64,000 nucleotides of DNA. Origin: Chiloscyllium plagiosum (lineage: Eukaryota). The notes below the pieces were generated by a model. The model searched no databases. It was not told the DNA's origin and saw only the letters and a list, made by a program, of their open reading frames with translations. The DNA is taken from contig NC_057750.1 in assembly GCF_004010195.1 (NCBI RefSeq), forward strand, positions 14,363,221 to 14,427,220, read 5' to 3'. The position numbers and the translations under genes are program-made. Below are positions 24,540-38,499 of this stretch, piece after piece. Numbering within the stretch: the first letter of the stretch is position 1; each line of letters opens with the position of its first letter.

Positions 24540-26345
24540 AAAATGTAGAAAGTTTTACAACACATAAGGTGGCACTGCCCGTTTCCAGCATCTGCAGTCA
24601 TTGTTTTTACCTTATATCTGGACCAGCCAGGAAATGAATCACCCAGCTTAATCATGTCTTTCAGCACTTGGTCCATTTCCCTGGAGGTTGTGGGATGTCA
24701 AATGTGTACACAGACACTTTTTAAATATGTTGTCGATTTCTACCTATACTATCTTTCAGACAGTGAGTTCCAGACCCTGATGACCCTCTGCATGAAATTT
24801 TGTTTTCTAATCTCCCCAACTCTGTTACCTAAAGTCATATAGCATAGAAACAGGCCCTTCAGCTCATGTCAATGCTGACCAATAAACACCAAACTGTATT
24901 AATCCTATTTACCTACACTTGGTCCATAACCTACTATGCCCTGGCATTTTAAGTGCTTATCTAGATACTTCTCAAATGTTGTGGGAGTACCTGCCTCCAC
25001 CACCTTGAGCAGCATGTTCCATATTTCTACAACCCTCTTGAGTGAAAAAAATGTTTCTTCAGATCCCCTCTAACCACTTATTCCTAAACTTAAATTTATG
25101 CCCTCTGGTCTTTGACACATCCGCCATGGGGAAAAGATTCTCACAATCTTCAAAATTTTGTACACTGCAATCAGATGACCCCTCAGCCTCTTCTGCTCCA
25201 AGGAAGACAATTCCAACTTATCCAGTCTTTCCTCATAACTGAGACTTTCCATCTCAGGCAACATGCTAGTGAATCCCCTCTGCACCCTGTCCAGGCATAA
25301 TCCTTATGACAATCACTTTAAACCCATGCCCCTAATCACTTTATCTCTCTGCTAAGGGAAATTGGACATTCATATTCACTCAGTCCAGCTTGCTCACAAC
25401 CTTGTATGACTCAACCAAATCTCCCCTCAGCCTCCTTTCTGAGGAAAACAACTGCCTGTTGTTACGACACGATGGTGAATCTCTCTGTTAATTAAACCAA
25501 ACACCCAGAAAAGCTCACCTCACCTTGTAATCTATTAAAATATGTGTGACAGAGAACTCCCCAAATTCCACTATTTGAAGAAAATAGCACCATTGTATTC
25601 TTTAACTTGAAAAGTAAACATTAAACAACAAATATTCACAACTCTAAGCCCCCTTTCTCTTAACTGCTTATTACTTGCGTCCAACTCTGTAATATACTGT
25701 TCCAATAAAACACTTATTAAAATTGCATCAACTTAATTCCAAAACCATACAGCGCTGTCATCTTTGGTGTCTTTCTACTCCGGCTAAAGATCTCCCTGGG
25801 TCATCGTCTTTGTTTTTACTGTGAAGGTGTTTCATATGAAAAGGCAGAGAACGTTTCAATGTCTTGGGTCTCTCTCTCTCTCGATTGCAGTTGCTCTGTC
25901 TGATTTTAAAAATGCCTGCCTTTTTTATATCCCCAACATCGGATCGTCTCATTGGATCGATGTTGGCAAAATAATAAATTCAAACTTGGTTGGGTTTTAT
26001 TATCCTGGAACATAATTTAAACTGGTTAAATTTGAATTGTTGTCAAAACAGCAACCTACTCAGGTATCTATTTCATACCAACTGTTACATAATTTCAAAT
26101 TTCCAATACATTCTGCTCTTATAGGCTCTCAGTGCAGAACAGCATTCACTCTCTCTTAAAGGTACAGTACACGCCTTCAACTTCATAACACTATCTAATC
26201 TAAACTTACAAATTTCCAGTCCTGACAGCATCCTTTCAAATCTCGTCTGGATTGTCTCATGGCTCATAATGACACACCAGAATTCAGCCACGTTTCTTGG
26301 TCAGTAACTGAATCCCTATTTTGTCTCACGTCCAACTAAAATGAA
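24540..26345 (-). mobile_element. Old CR1 fragment with a younger CR1 (~24835-25300) and a solo LTR nested in it
   Basis: Minus ORF QRGFTSMLPEMESLSYEERLDKLELSSLEQKRLRGHLIAVYKI; the older copy resumes after each insertion. Confidence 0.75.
25460..26190 (-). mobile_element. Solo LTR (Gypsy-type inferred)
   Basis: Termini tgttacga...tcataaca; flanks ctgt/ctat; homologous to 61322-62034. Confidence 0.75.
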
Positions 26346-26477
26346 TACCAATGCTACAGGTGACTGCTTTAACCACAAATAAGTAACTTTCCCAAGGGAG
26401 GGGCTGGCATCCTAGTGCATCATCTGCTGAAATGCTAAGCATGCCAGGCAAATGTTTAAGCAAATTAATCAGCAGCC

Positions 26478-26665
26478 ATCACATTTGTATAGTGCCTTTA
26501 GAGTAACGCATCCTAAGGTAGTTCATAGGAGCTCCATCAGACAGAGTTGACATCGGCCCACATGAAGACAGATTAGGAATTTGTCCAAATTGTTAAGATA
26601 AAGATCTTCTGAAGTGATTTAGAGAAGAGCAACAGGCAGGTTTCAGAGTGCGATTTCAGAGTATT
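26478..26665 (-). mobile_element. L2-like LINE 3' end, degenerate
   Basis: catttgtatagtgccttta...catcctaagg...ttcataggag resembles the reverse complement of an L2-type tail also carried by the Deu-SINE. Confidence 0.5.
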
Positions 26666-27046
26666 TAATACCATGATTGTATACGTCCTGTGAACACATA
26701 AAGAACATGGTATAAGAAGCTGTACAAAGAACTGCATTACTCGTTCCTATGAGTAACTAAGAATTGTTATTATTCTTGTTGTTAAAACACTGATGTAGTG
26801 TAGACTCTGAAACTTTGAGTGTTCTCCTAGTTCTCTGATATACTTCTAACCCCTCTCAGCTAAGTTTTCAATCTATTTGCCAGATTCAAGCTGCCCTTAT
26901 CTGCTAAATTCGAATTTTTGTGTGGATTTAAAATACTTCATTTTAAACAAAGATAATGTTGTGATCCAAACTTGCCTAAAAGATTAGAAAAATTGAGACA
27001 TTCTGTAATATTTCTAGACTTTAAACACGCATCCTGTATTTTGCAG

Positions 27047-27122
27047 TCGATGGCAGAGCAACTCGCAGAAAATTACCACAACACATGGGGTCGTAAGAAG
27101 AAGCTAGAGTTGCAAGCTAAAG
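27047..27122 (+). CDS. RYR1: RyR exon (~exon 56), 76 bp
   Basis: ttgcag|TCG...AAA G|gtaaga; [25 protein letters not shown]. Confidence 0.95.
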
Positions 27123-27269
27123 GTAAGATTACATTGCCAATAATATGCCATCGGATATTAAAACCTGCTGTATGTTTTATGCATTGTCTGTTACCATAAT
27201 CTCATGTAATTACTATGCCTTCATTTTTAAGATTTTCTTCCTCATGCTTTCATGATTTTCAATCCAGGC

Positions 27270-27520
27270 GACGTTCAGGTATTCATTTGTTCTGGTGATA
27301 ACTCTAGCTAGCAAACACAGACTACTTGCAGGTTCACCTTTATAAGTGGGAGATCAGGGATGACCTGAAGTGCAATTGTGGCCATGAATCTCATTTGACG
27401 GAACACAGCACATTAATCTCGTCAAGAAGATCCATTGCAGAATATATCTCATTTCTCCACTTAGCATGTCAGGAGGTCATGAGTATGATTGCCAGGGTAA
27501 ACATCTCGTTATAAGCTTTT
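27270..27520 (+). mobile_element. Ingi/Vingi-like LINE C-terminal remnant
   Basis: LYKWEIRDDLKCNCGHESHLTEHS...FLHL...IARVNISL* resembles the C-terminal CxC-H-C zinc-knuckle region of Vingi/Ingi ORFs. Confidence 0.5.
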
Positions 27521-27579
27521 CCCATCATGTGAAAATAGTCTGGTAGAATCATGCTATACACAATTTTCCAAAACAATAT

Positions 27580-28465
27580 GGGCAGAGTGTGCAGAGGACT
27601 GTGAAACTTTGCAGAGGAACATAGATAGAGTGAGTGGCAAAAGTTTGGCAGATGGACTTCAATGTTAATAAATCTGAAATCATACATTTTGGTAGGAGTA
27701 ACAGTAAAAAAGATTAGTACTTGAATGGTAAAAAGTTACAGCGTGCTGCTGTGCAGAGGGACCTGGATGTCCTTGTGCATGAATCACAGAAGGTTGGTCT
27801 GCAGGTGCAATAAGTAATTAGGAAGGCAAATGGAATTTTGTCCTTCATTGCTCAAGGGATTGAGTTTAAAAGCAGAGAGGTTATGTTGCACCTCACAAGG
27901 TGCTGCTGAGGTCACTCCTGGAGTACTGTGTGCAGTTTTGATCATCTTACTTGAAAAAGGATGTATTGGCACTGGAGGGGGTGCAGAGAAGGTTCACTAG
28001 GTTGATTCCGAAATTGAGGGGGTTGGCTAATGAGGAGAGACTGAGTTGATTGGGATTATATTCATTGGAATTCAGAAGAATGAGGGAGGATCTTATAGAA
28101 ATATATAAAATTATGAAGGGAATTGATAAAATAGAAGTAGTTAGGATGTTTCTACTGGCAGTTGAAGCTAGGACAAGAGGGCATAGCCTCAAAATTAAAG
28201 GGAGAAGAATTGAGAAGGAACTTCTTCAGCCAGAAGGTTATTAATCTATGGGACTCCTTGCCAAGGGAAGTAGTTGACGCTACTTCCATAAGTGTTTTTA
28301 AAGCTAATGTATATATATTTTTTTTAAATAAAGGAATTAAAGGATACGGTGAGAGCACAGCTAAGTGGAGCTGAGGCCACAAGAAGATCAGCCATGATCT
28401 TATTGAATGGCGAAGTAGGCTCAAACGGCCGGATGGCTACTCTGCTCCTAGTTCTTATGTTCTAA
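27580..28465 (+). mobile_element. CR1 LINE 3' fragment
   Basis: GLYSLEFRRMREDLIEIYKIMKGIDK; 3' tail ctactctgctcctagttcttatgttct. Confidence 0.9.
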
Positions 28466-28488
28466 AAAGGCTGACTAGTTCTTCAGGG

Positions 28489-28730
28489 TTAAGAATCACA
28501 CAACTTTGCAGAGGAACATAGATACATTGAGTGTGTGAGCAAAGGTCTGGCAGATGGAATTCAATGTTAATAAATGTGAAGTCATACATTTTGGAATCCA
28601 CAACCACCTGATGAAGGAGCAGCACTCCGAAAGCTAGTGCTTCCAAATAAACCTGTTGGACTATAACCTGGTGTTGCGTGATTTTTAACTTTGTCCACCC
28701 CAGTCCAACACCAGTTTCTCCAAATCATAA
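28489..28730 (+). mobile_element. PLE terminal repeat with + strand hammerhead (28605-28639), fused to a CR1 segment
   Basis: CAC-CUGAUGA-A-GGAG cagca CUCC-GAA-AGCU-A^GUG; same family as 39869-40249. Confidence 0.85.
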
Positions 28731-30724
28731 TTCTTCAGACGCATTGCATCATATAGTGCAGCATTTAGACATCGTGAAAATGAGGTAGCTGTTGATTTAG
28801 CTGCATTTCTATGAATTAGATTGAAGAGATTTTTCCTAATTTCCCACAATTCATTTATGACAGCCACTTTGTAGAAATATCCAGTTGGATATTAATTGCT
28901 CAGTTGGTGCAAGTGGTGGGTATGTTGATGTCAGCTCACATTCCAGTGGTATCGGCCAATTACTTTCCTGTCAGCATACTGTGACTGATCAATCATGTAA
29001 ATGCTTCAGTAATGCACAAATAACCTGTGATCAGCATTACTTCATTGTGAATTGCTCACTGATATATGTTGTGCCTTTTCTCAGTTTCACTTTCTCTCCA
29101 GAGATAGTGCTTTACTTCAAAGTTGCTCTTCCCTCAAATATTCTCGTTAAAATATTTTTGAGAAAAGTGTGAGGACAATGCTGATCACCTAAATTGGCAC
29201 AATTCTGTCCTTCCTCTTCACTAAAAATTGACACACTATACATTCTAGAATGGAACTTCCAGGTAACTGATTTCAACATAACTGTTATAAATCTTTTGTT
29301 TTTAGTAAATGGATTAGTTTCCCTTCTTTGTGAGGTAATTACATGCAGAACATTGCATCTCTGTGTTTGCTATTCTGCTATAATATCTTGCAGTTTAACA
29401 ACTGCAATTGCTCACTGCATCATTTTCTCGGAAGGTGTTAAGACTTCAATTTGGTTGTTTCCATGAACAGTAAATATTTCATACCATTTGAAAATAACAC
29501 TGGTGTACTGCTAGCGCTTAACTACCAGTTCTCGTGTTACCAAAGTGTCGTCGTAAAAATGTACTAGAATGTTTTTTAAAAGTGAGAATATTCAACAAGT
29601 CTAAATGATTAAATTGTTCCTTGTACATGTAAGTTGATTAGTGTTTCCTTAATCTAATTTATCACAGTTGCTTTTGTTTCTCAAATATTACCTGAAGCAC
29701 ATTCCAAATGTTGATGATCAATTTTGCTGCATTAGCAGAACAGAAAGTGTTCAAATTTAATGTCATTGTTTTAAAATGTTGTGGTTTTTCAGTATTTAGC
29801 CTGATGGTTTAACCTGGCAAGCATTCATAATTGTACCCAGAGAAGATCAACTCATCTTGTTGATGCAACTTACATTTGTCTCCTCACATTATTTTGTCAT
29901 CATTACAGATTTCACTCTCTCATTACTTGCTTCCATTACGCTCCTTTTTTTCTGAATGAGTTTCTGTTCAAAGTATTTCTTCATCACTTCCCTTTTTTTA
30001 TGCTTGTTATTCTTCCCCTTTGTGTCTTTATTTCTGATCCTCACTCTTCAGTTTATATTTTTCCCTCCTACTCCTTTTCTTTTTCATGGTTTATCTTCAT
30101 ATTTCGATTTTCTTCAGCTATCACCCAATTCTGACTATTGTCTGATTACTTTTGAGCACACTTTATGTAGATACTTGTATATTTGTAGAATTCAAAATGA
30201 AAGATTTCAAAAGGAAGAATGCTCAGATACCATATAAGACAATTCCCTGGGAGACCAGAAATTCATCATGGGTAGTGTGCCATATTCAATAGCTACCCAT
30301 TAGAGGCAGCACCTGGTGGTCTGCAGTTCCATTGCAGTTAATGAAGTTAAGTATCAGATGCTGTTTGTAATGAGCATTATGTTTTGGCTGCTGCCCAATA
30401 CATATTTATATAGTTCATTCCCCCATTGTATCTCCTCTTATCTGATCAGAGTAGTCAGATTGTTTCACCTGATAGGGCAGTGCAGATAGTGTTTTCATCA
30501 TCCAGATTCTACAGGCTAGTATGGTATGTTGTTTTCATGCTACATTGTTACCATTAGAAATGCCTTGCGTATTCCTTCCATTTGTATGTGCTAGTCATCA
30601 TGCATATGGTGCTTTCTTGTCGTACTGCATTCCTATAATTCATTTATTTATAATGATTTTTTAAACTTTTTTCAGGTTCATTACCTTAGCTCCATTCTGT
30701 TCAGCCTGCCCTCACAGATTCTAA

Positions 30725-30895
<171 letters not shown>

Positions 30896-33800
30896 TAAGT
30901 TGTTACACAAAATGTATTGAATGAGGCAACATAAATGTACAATTAACTTGGTCAGATGATTTTACAAAACTCAGACATGCAAATGAAATTTGTCTCATTG
31001 TGCCTTTTAATTCAAAAAGTAGCCCTAATAAAATTTCTGAGACTAATCAAAGAATTTTACACGATTGAAGGATGCCATTCAGCTCTTCATGACTGTATCA
31101 GCTCCTGAAAGAGCTACCCAATTTCCGGTCCTATCTCCGTAGTATTCTAAATTCATCACTTGCAAATATATAAAACGTTTGATGCTGTAGTAATTGAGCT
31201 ACCTGAGTTCCAGGCTAATGAATCAATCCTAAATACACCCCATAAAGCCATGGCAGTGATGAATAGCTGGGCCAGGAATGAAGGCAGGTAGTTGCAGAAC
31301 ATCATTATGCCAGTTGTTGGACTGGTTCCCGGGCTCCATCACTCCCTAGAGCCATTTTCTCCTGGACGTGATGGCAGGACTGCTTTATTCCTTATTTTCA
31401 CAGGTTAACTGGAATTTTCTAGCAAGCCTCCAGGTTACTGAAGGTATTAAGGAATGGCCTACTGCATGGAGCAGAGAGTGTATTTGTATGTATGTGTGGT
31501 TGTTGGAGACAGGTGGGATTGGTGGCTGGCCACCCATGATCAACCATGTCACTGTTTCCAAGCTTTCAACCCCCATTTGAGCCTGGTAGTGTGGTCCTGA
31601 AGCTGAAGGAAGAATGCCCCCATCAGGTGAGGAAACAGACTTGTATTATCTGTTTTTGACCATCACGAGTGCCCTTAGACCTCAAAATTGTTGCAGTCTA
31701 TACACACACATGGTTTACCATACTGAATTCCTTATTGATACAAATTTTAGCACACAATGAATGCCAGCTGGAAGGAGACTAGGCATACAGTGATAGATAC
31801 CTGAACTTAAAGATTGTTAGATAGAATCCAGGTATTTACTTTTCTAGTGAGAGTTCATTCCGACCCTTATATCATAGAAGTACAACCTAATGAATGCATG
31901 TTCTCATTATACACAAATATACAACCAATCAAGTTCACACCCAGTTATCTTTAATCGACATATAATCATCACTTGTTCCCAAATCCATTCATCCTCAGGC
32001 AACCCTTTCGGAGCTGACTAGATAGCAACAGTCAGCAACACACTAATTTAATGCTATTTGTGTCTTTTTGAGCTCAACATTCCAATCAATGTCTTTAACT
32101 TCACTCGGCAATAGTAGAATCTCCAGTTGTATTATTTGAAAGGATGTTTATTGGTTGCTTTCTTCTGCTGCTGCAGCACATTTTTAGTCTTCTGCAGTTT
32201 CAAGTTGCAGTCATCTATCAGAGTTGACATGGTGTGTACTGACTAAGCTTTTGCACCTCTATACAAACCATTGGTCTCAGAATTGGACAACCTAGCTAGA
32301 ATACTCCGCATGCAGAATGGACTGGTGATGGTTTCAGTTTATCTATGACTTGATGTCTTACTGCCTACTAACTCTTCAGAAATGTTCCCAGATATGTAGG
32401 CGGAGTGTGCTCATTATCTGATTACTTTCCTGCCACTTTGTTTGCCTGCAGTCCTGGCTTTAACCATGTTCCTACAGAGTTAATTAAAAGGGGTCTTGTG
32501 ATATAGTGATAGTGTTCCAACATCTGGACCAGAAGATCTTTGTTCAAGTCCTACCTCAGGTTGTGATGAGTATATTACCTTCAAACAAGCTGATTTTTTT
32601 TTAAATGCACAGTTGCCCCAAGATGTTACTGTTTTGCTTTCTGACCTGAGAGCATGGCTGTGTTTTAGCTTATGAAAGCTGAAAGGAAACACAGGAGTAA
32701 GGTGTCTCTGTAAGCAGTTGTCACTTTTTAAATGTATTCAGTGTAAAAGATGGTCTTGTGGCACTATGATGGTGTTTTTACCTCTGAACCAGAAGGTTCA
32801 ACTTTGACCTGCTGCAGGTTGATTAAAAAGTATAGGGGTCATGCAATGTGGTGGTAGTGTCTCTACTTCTGGACCAGAAAGCCCATCGTTAAGTTCCACC
32901 TCAGGAAGTGCTGGCCAGGAATCTGTGTCATAAACAATCTGAATAGGTCATAACATTTTCCAGCTTTGAAAACCCAATCTTTAAAAATGGCTGATTCTCC
33001 AAGATTTGGGAGTGGGGGGTGGTGATGATAGAATTGCGAGTTGGCTGGATAACCCAGGAAGAACCTAAGAGTCTGCCCAACTTTACCAAGGTGGCCTGGG
33101 CAGAAAACCTGCCTAGGGCTTTTGACACTGTTCAAAGTTTAATTTCAAGTCCTGTTCCCGCACTTAATTTTCCATGCAACCTATGCCCTTGTGCATTCAC
33201 CCATGGCCCCTTGTGTACCTTATGCCTATCTACCCATCCTCCAAGACCATTGATAGCCATGTGTCAATCTACCCATAGCTCCTCTTATATTTCATAGATC
33301 CTGAATCATTTAACATGTCCCTTAAGACCCTTTGCCAAATCAGTGTAACTCTTTGCCTCTTCCTGCCTATGCAACCTCGTCTAAAATCCAGCATGAGTAT
33401 AATTTAGGTGGCATTATGACAGAGAGTTAAATTATCAGTCTATTGCTGAAGTCACTATTGAATAATGTAAACACTGATACAAAAAAAATACACAGAAAAA
33501 ATACATAGAAATTACTTCAACTAATCCCTTATGAAAGCAACCATTTTACTGAAGTATCCAATTTCTTATATAATGATTCCAGCTGATATTATTATTGGAC
33601 ACCTGAGATCCCAAACTGAAATTGGACTTAATCGATTATATTTTGTGTGATTTTAATGTGGCAGTCTCTTACTGAACTTTACTGTCTAAAGGAAATTAAG
33701 ATAGAATAAACCAAACGGTGTATATATAAAACACATTTAAAGGTTTTGACACATGGTAAAATACAATTCCATTAATATCCCATGGCAGTACTCAAATACC

Positions 33801-36172
33801 AATGAGAATGCCCTTTTCTGTCCCTCGTAGCATTTGACTTAGCTGTGACTTCAATATCCAGCTACAAAAATTTGATAGGCTCTTCCTTGATTAGTTAGAT
33901 AACTGTGCTTACCATCTCTCAGTTTTACATAACCTTTACAAGAGTTTAACTAATTACTTATGGTCTGGAACTTTTAAACTAAACTCCTTACACGGCGTTA
34001 ACCGATTTTTAACAATTCTAAACTATCTTCTTTATTTGTCAGGAGCAACTGTGTCATGCATCCAGTTTCAGCAAAAAAAAAACCGACAAAACTGCCCCAA
34101 AGCAAAATAAACTAAAACATTTTTCTTCAAATAATGGGTATTTCTTCCTAAGATTTAAAAAAACTACTGAAATTTCCATCAGAAAATATTGTATATTGCA
34201 TAATTTATTCACTTGTAAATGCTTCCAATGTAAACAAAGATGCATTAGTTCTTTTGAGTTATCTTCCTCTGATAGTTTTAACAGAAATCACCATAGCTAC
34301 AGAAATATTTACAAGTTAATCATTAAACCTCTTCAGACATGTAGAAACCCTGGATGCCAAAATAAATTTGTATATAAATCTACATCAAAAAAATTACACT
34401 TAAGTGCTTAATCCCTTATGTAAGCAAATATTTCAAATCACTAAGCAGTTGGAAGTGTCTATCAATAGGCACCCCGTTGTGGAACTGACAGATTTGAATT
34501 TTGGTCTCACAGCACATATCCTGTATCCTTTAATGTGAATCAACACTTTGATTATAGCCTTTATAAGTCCGCATTTTTTGACAGTTTCTTGGCAACATTG
34601 CCGTTCCCAATTTAGTGCACTTTTTTCTGCAAAAGCATGCTTTTTTCACAATCTCAAAGATGCCTTGGCTTCATCTGGGGTCAGATTCAAACCAGATACT
34701 TCTCCTCTCCAAAAAGGGAGAATTCACCACATTCCACCAGCCCTCACCCTTCACAACCCCCTCTTTCACTTCCACTTACCTCCACAGACTCCCCACACTG
34801 CACCTAAGCCAATCCATGCTGGGCCTGCACCCACCCCCACCCCCCAATACTACAACTTTGAATCTACTTCCATTCATCACTATTTCCCCTTCACCTAATT
34901 GCCAACTCATTGCGTATCTACAAGTACCCAAACACATGCAAAAAACAGATATATAGTTCTGTTGCTTAAATTGCAATTGGTTGAGGAAACCACTCATATT
35001 CATAAATGCACATTTTATCACTTCTTGATAGGTGTTGACATTCCTTGACACACCACCACTTGTTGAAGGTGTTTCTCAACCATCTTGTCAAGGCAATAAA
35101 TGCAGACTGTCTAGAAGTGCACATACCTCATATAAACAATTTATTTTAAAAATAAAAGTTAAACCAGTAGCAGAGAACAGCCATTATCACTTACATGAGA
35201 GACGGTCCATTGGTCACAGATGAAATAAAGGAAGCAGTGAAGGCTAAAAAATGATATCATGGCACTATCTGGCCAGTTCATCCCAGGACAAATGATAGCT
35301 GGTAAAAAGCAGCTAGGAAGAAAATTACTCTGTCGGACAATTAAAGTACAGATTTGAGATAGCCCAGGGAATTCCTTATGAACTCAACCTGCAAGCCTCT
35401 CTTATGGTTTGTCCTGGAGATCGTACTCGTTGGTGGTCTAGAATAAAAAGAAACTCTTATAGTTTAGTGGAAGAATTTGGACTAATCAATTGTGTTAAAG
35501 ATCATGGAGAGATTGGAAAGGATAGGAATAAATAAAGTTCACATTGCTTATGGTGTTTTTGGTGGGATATGTTTTAAACAGGCAGAGGTGATTGGCAAAT
35601 TGGATTATTATGATTTATTCAAGGATATAGGAGGACAAAAGGAAGATCAAAAATAGGTAGTGGAGTAGTTTAATGTTTTGTTTTGGAGACATATTGGCTC
35701 TCAGAAGGTCTTGTGGAGCAGCAGGTATCATTCTTAACTCCAAGCTAGAAGTTCTGGGTTCAAGTCTCCCTCCAGGCGAAGGCTGGATAGTGAAGCAAAG
35801 TGCATTTGTAACACAGCTAATCATTTTGAGGAATAACCTGCAAATCCTTCGCCTGCACAGCAACGGCAGGAGATAAGAACAGGAGATATTCCTGATCAGC
35901 TAGCTGATTGAAAGAAATTGGAGTCTCTTCCATCATCATTCACTACTGTAGACTATAACGTGCATGGGAAAATGTATATGGGAGAGCTGCAGAATATTCT
36001 GATCAAAGAGCAGGAGGGAATGGACTCCTGTTGGAACAAGAGGGAGAGGCAGATGATTAAATAGTCTCTCTTCTGATGCAAAGAAATCAATAGTTTTGAA
36101 GTAATTTCATTACGTTAACTGTTGATGTTTTTAATGTATTCAAAGTAACATGGTTTTTAAACTCTTTTATAG

Positions 36173-36288
36173 AGGGTTGAAGGACATGGAACTGGACACG
36201 TCCTCCATTGAGAAGAGATTTGCCTATGGTTTTCTGAAGAAATTGTTGCAGTGGTTGGACATAGCTCAAGAGTTTGTTGCACATATAG
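36173..36288 (+). CDS. RYR1: RyR exon (~exon 58), 116 bp
   Basis: ttatag|A GGG...ATA G|gtataa; [38 protein letters not shown]. Confidence 0.95.
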
Positions 36289-36382
36289 GTATAACTGGTG
36301 AAGTAACTTAGTTGATACTCATGATTTAATGTGTTAAAAATGTATTAGCATTAATAGATATATATTCAAACCACAACGGCAC

Positions 36383-36684
36383 GGGGCGGCACAGTGGTTC
36401 AGTGGTTAGCACTGCTGCCTCACAGCACCAGGGTCCCAGGTTCGATTCCAGCCTTGGGCAACTGTCTGTGTGGAGTTTGCACATTCTCCCTGTGTCTGCG
36501 TGGGTTTCCTCCGGGTGCTCCGGTTTCCTCCCATAGTCCAAAGATGTGCAGGTCAGGTGAATTGGCCATGCTAAATTGCCTGTAGTCAGAGGGAAATGGG
36601 TCTGGGTGGGTTACTCTTCGGTGGGTCGGTGTGGACCTGTTGGGCCGAAGGGCCTGTTTCCACGCTGTAGAGAATCTAATCTAA
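36383..36684 (+). mobile_element. HE1-like V-SINE
   Basis: A/B boxes, V-domain, gggccgaagggcctgtttcc tail, aatctaatcta end. Confidence 0.9.
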
Positions 36685-36809
36685 CCTGGAAATCATGGGG
36701 GAAGCTAGCCTAATGGCAACTATTGATTGTCATAAAACCTGCCTGATACACTAATTCCTTTTAGTGAACAAAATCTGCTGCCCCTCTGTAGTCAGGCCTG
36801 AGTGTCCTC

Positions 36810-37515
36810 ATATACTAGTCGCTAAAGTGAACGTTAAGATATAGCAGATGATACTGCAGGCAAATGGTATGTTGGCCTTCCTAGTGAGAGGATTTGACTT
36901 CGGGAGCAGAGATGTTGCACTGCAACTATACAAAGTCTTGGTGACACTACTTCTTGAATATTGTGTGCAGTTTCAACTCTTTATCTGAGGAAGAATGTTC
37001 TTGCTATAAACGTAGTGCTACTGAGGTCTACCAAACTGATTCCTGGTTTGGCCAGACTGATGTATGAGGAGAGATTGAATCAATTAGGATTATATTTTCT
37101 AGGGTTCAGAAGAGTGAAGGGGGCTTCTCCTACAAACCTGTAAAATTCTAACAGGACTAGATAGGATAAGATGTAGGAAAAAATTGTCCTGATTATGGGG
37201 AAGCCCAAAACACAGGATCGCAGTCTAAAAATAAAGGGTAAACCATTTAGGACTGAGATGAGGGGAAATTTCTACACCCAGACAGTGATGAGCCTGTAGA
37301 ATTCGCTACCACAGAAAGCAGATCAATGTCTGAAACATTGTACGATTTTAAAATGGAGTTGGATATCGCTGTTGGGGCAAAAAAGATCAAAAGATATGAG
37401 GAAAAAGCAAAAACAGGCTATTGAGTTTGATAATCATCCATGATCATCTTGAACAGCATAGCAGAGGCAAAGGGTCAAATGGCCTGTTGCTTCTATTTTC
37501 TCTGTTGCTATGTAT
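36810..37515 (+). mobile_element. CR1 LINE 3' fragment
   Basis: TKLIPGLARLMYEERLNQLGLYFLGFRR and CR1 3' UTR. Confidence 0.85.
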
Positions 37516-37811
37516 AGAGGGTAAACATTAGCAAAGGTTGATTAGCGTGAATGGCAGTTTATATAGAGTAGCTCTTGTATGTGTATTTATATATCACATG
37601 AGAAAAGATTGGTACAAATGATATTATGAAAAGCAGATATAAAAGCTTGATGGTACTTGGTTAGTGACTTGAATTCAGTCTTCGGTATCCTGGAGATAAT
37701 GATGTCATTCAAAAATAATGAAAATGTACAAGGTTGTCATATCTACTGGGCAACCTGAAATAAGTTGGAACAATTGATATTTGAGCACTGAATGTATTTT
37801 TTGGGTCATAA

Positions 37812-37952
<141 letters not shown>

Positions 37953-38499
37953 TAAGAGATAATTCCAGTGGCAATAGAATAAAGGTCAGGAGTACATTGT
38001 ATTTGTATAATAAGAATTGAACTGGATGTGTTGTGAAATAAAAAGATATTTCATTAGATTAGCAACTATGTCTTACAGTTGGACAAGATAAACCGTTTCT
38101 AGTATTCAAACCAGTCACACCAGATCAGATTGATCCTACAGAATTATTCCAGCTTAACTGGGATCTACCTGTAATTTTCTGAGTGTGGAAGACCTCAAAG
38201 TTATGATGTAACCTTAATATTTATAATTACTTTATATGGGAGATTGTTGCATTAAATGCCAGTGATATTATCACTGGCATTTAACTGTCAATCACTATTG
38301 GCTGCTGTAATCTCAATGGCAACACTTCTACCAATTAGATTCCACTTGCTACCTAGTCAACATTTTCCTTTGGTACAGTGTAAGTGTTGGTTTTCCCCCT
38401 TATGTTAGTATACTTGAGAATTACCCTGATGAGGGCAAGAAGCAAACATCAAACAAAATGCATTATTTTACTGTTCTTTTTAATAGGCTCGGATACACA

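Noticed and set aside
26786..26825. ctgatgt...gaaacttt hammerhead-like string
   Set aside because: Core mismatch and no convincing stem II.
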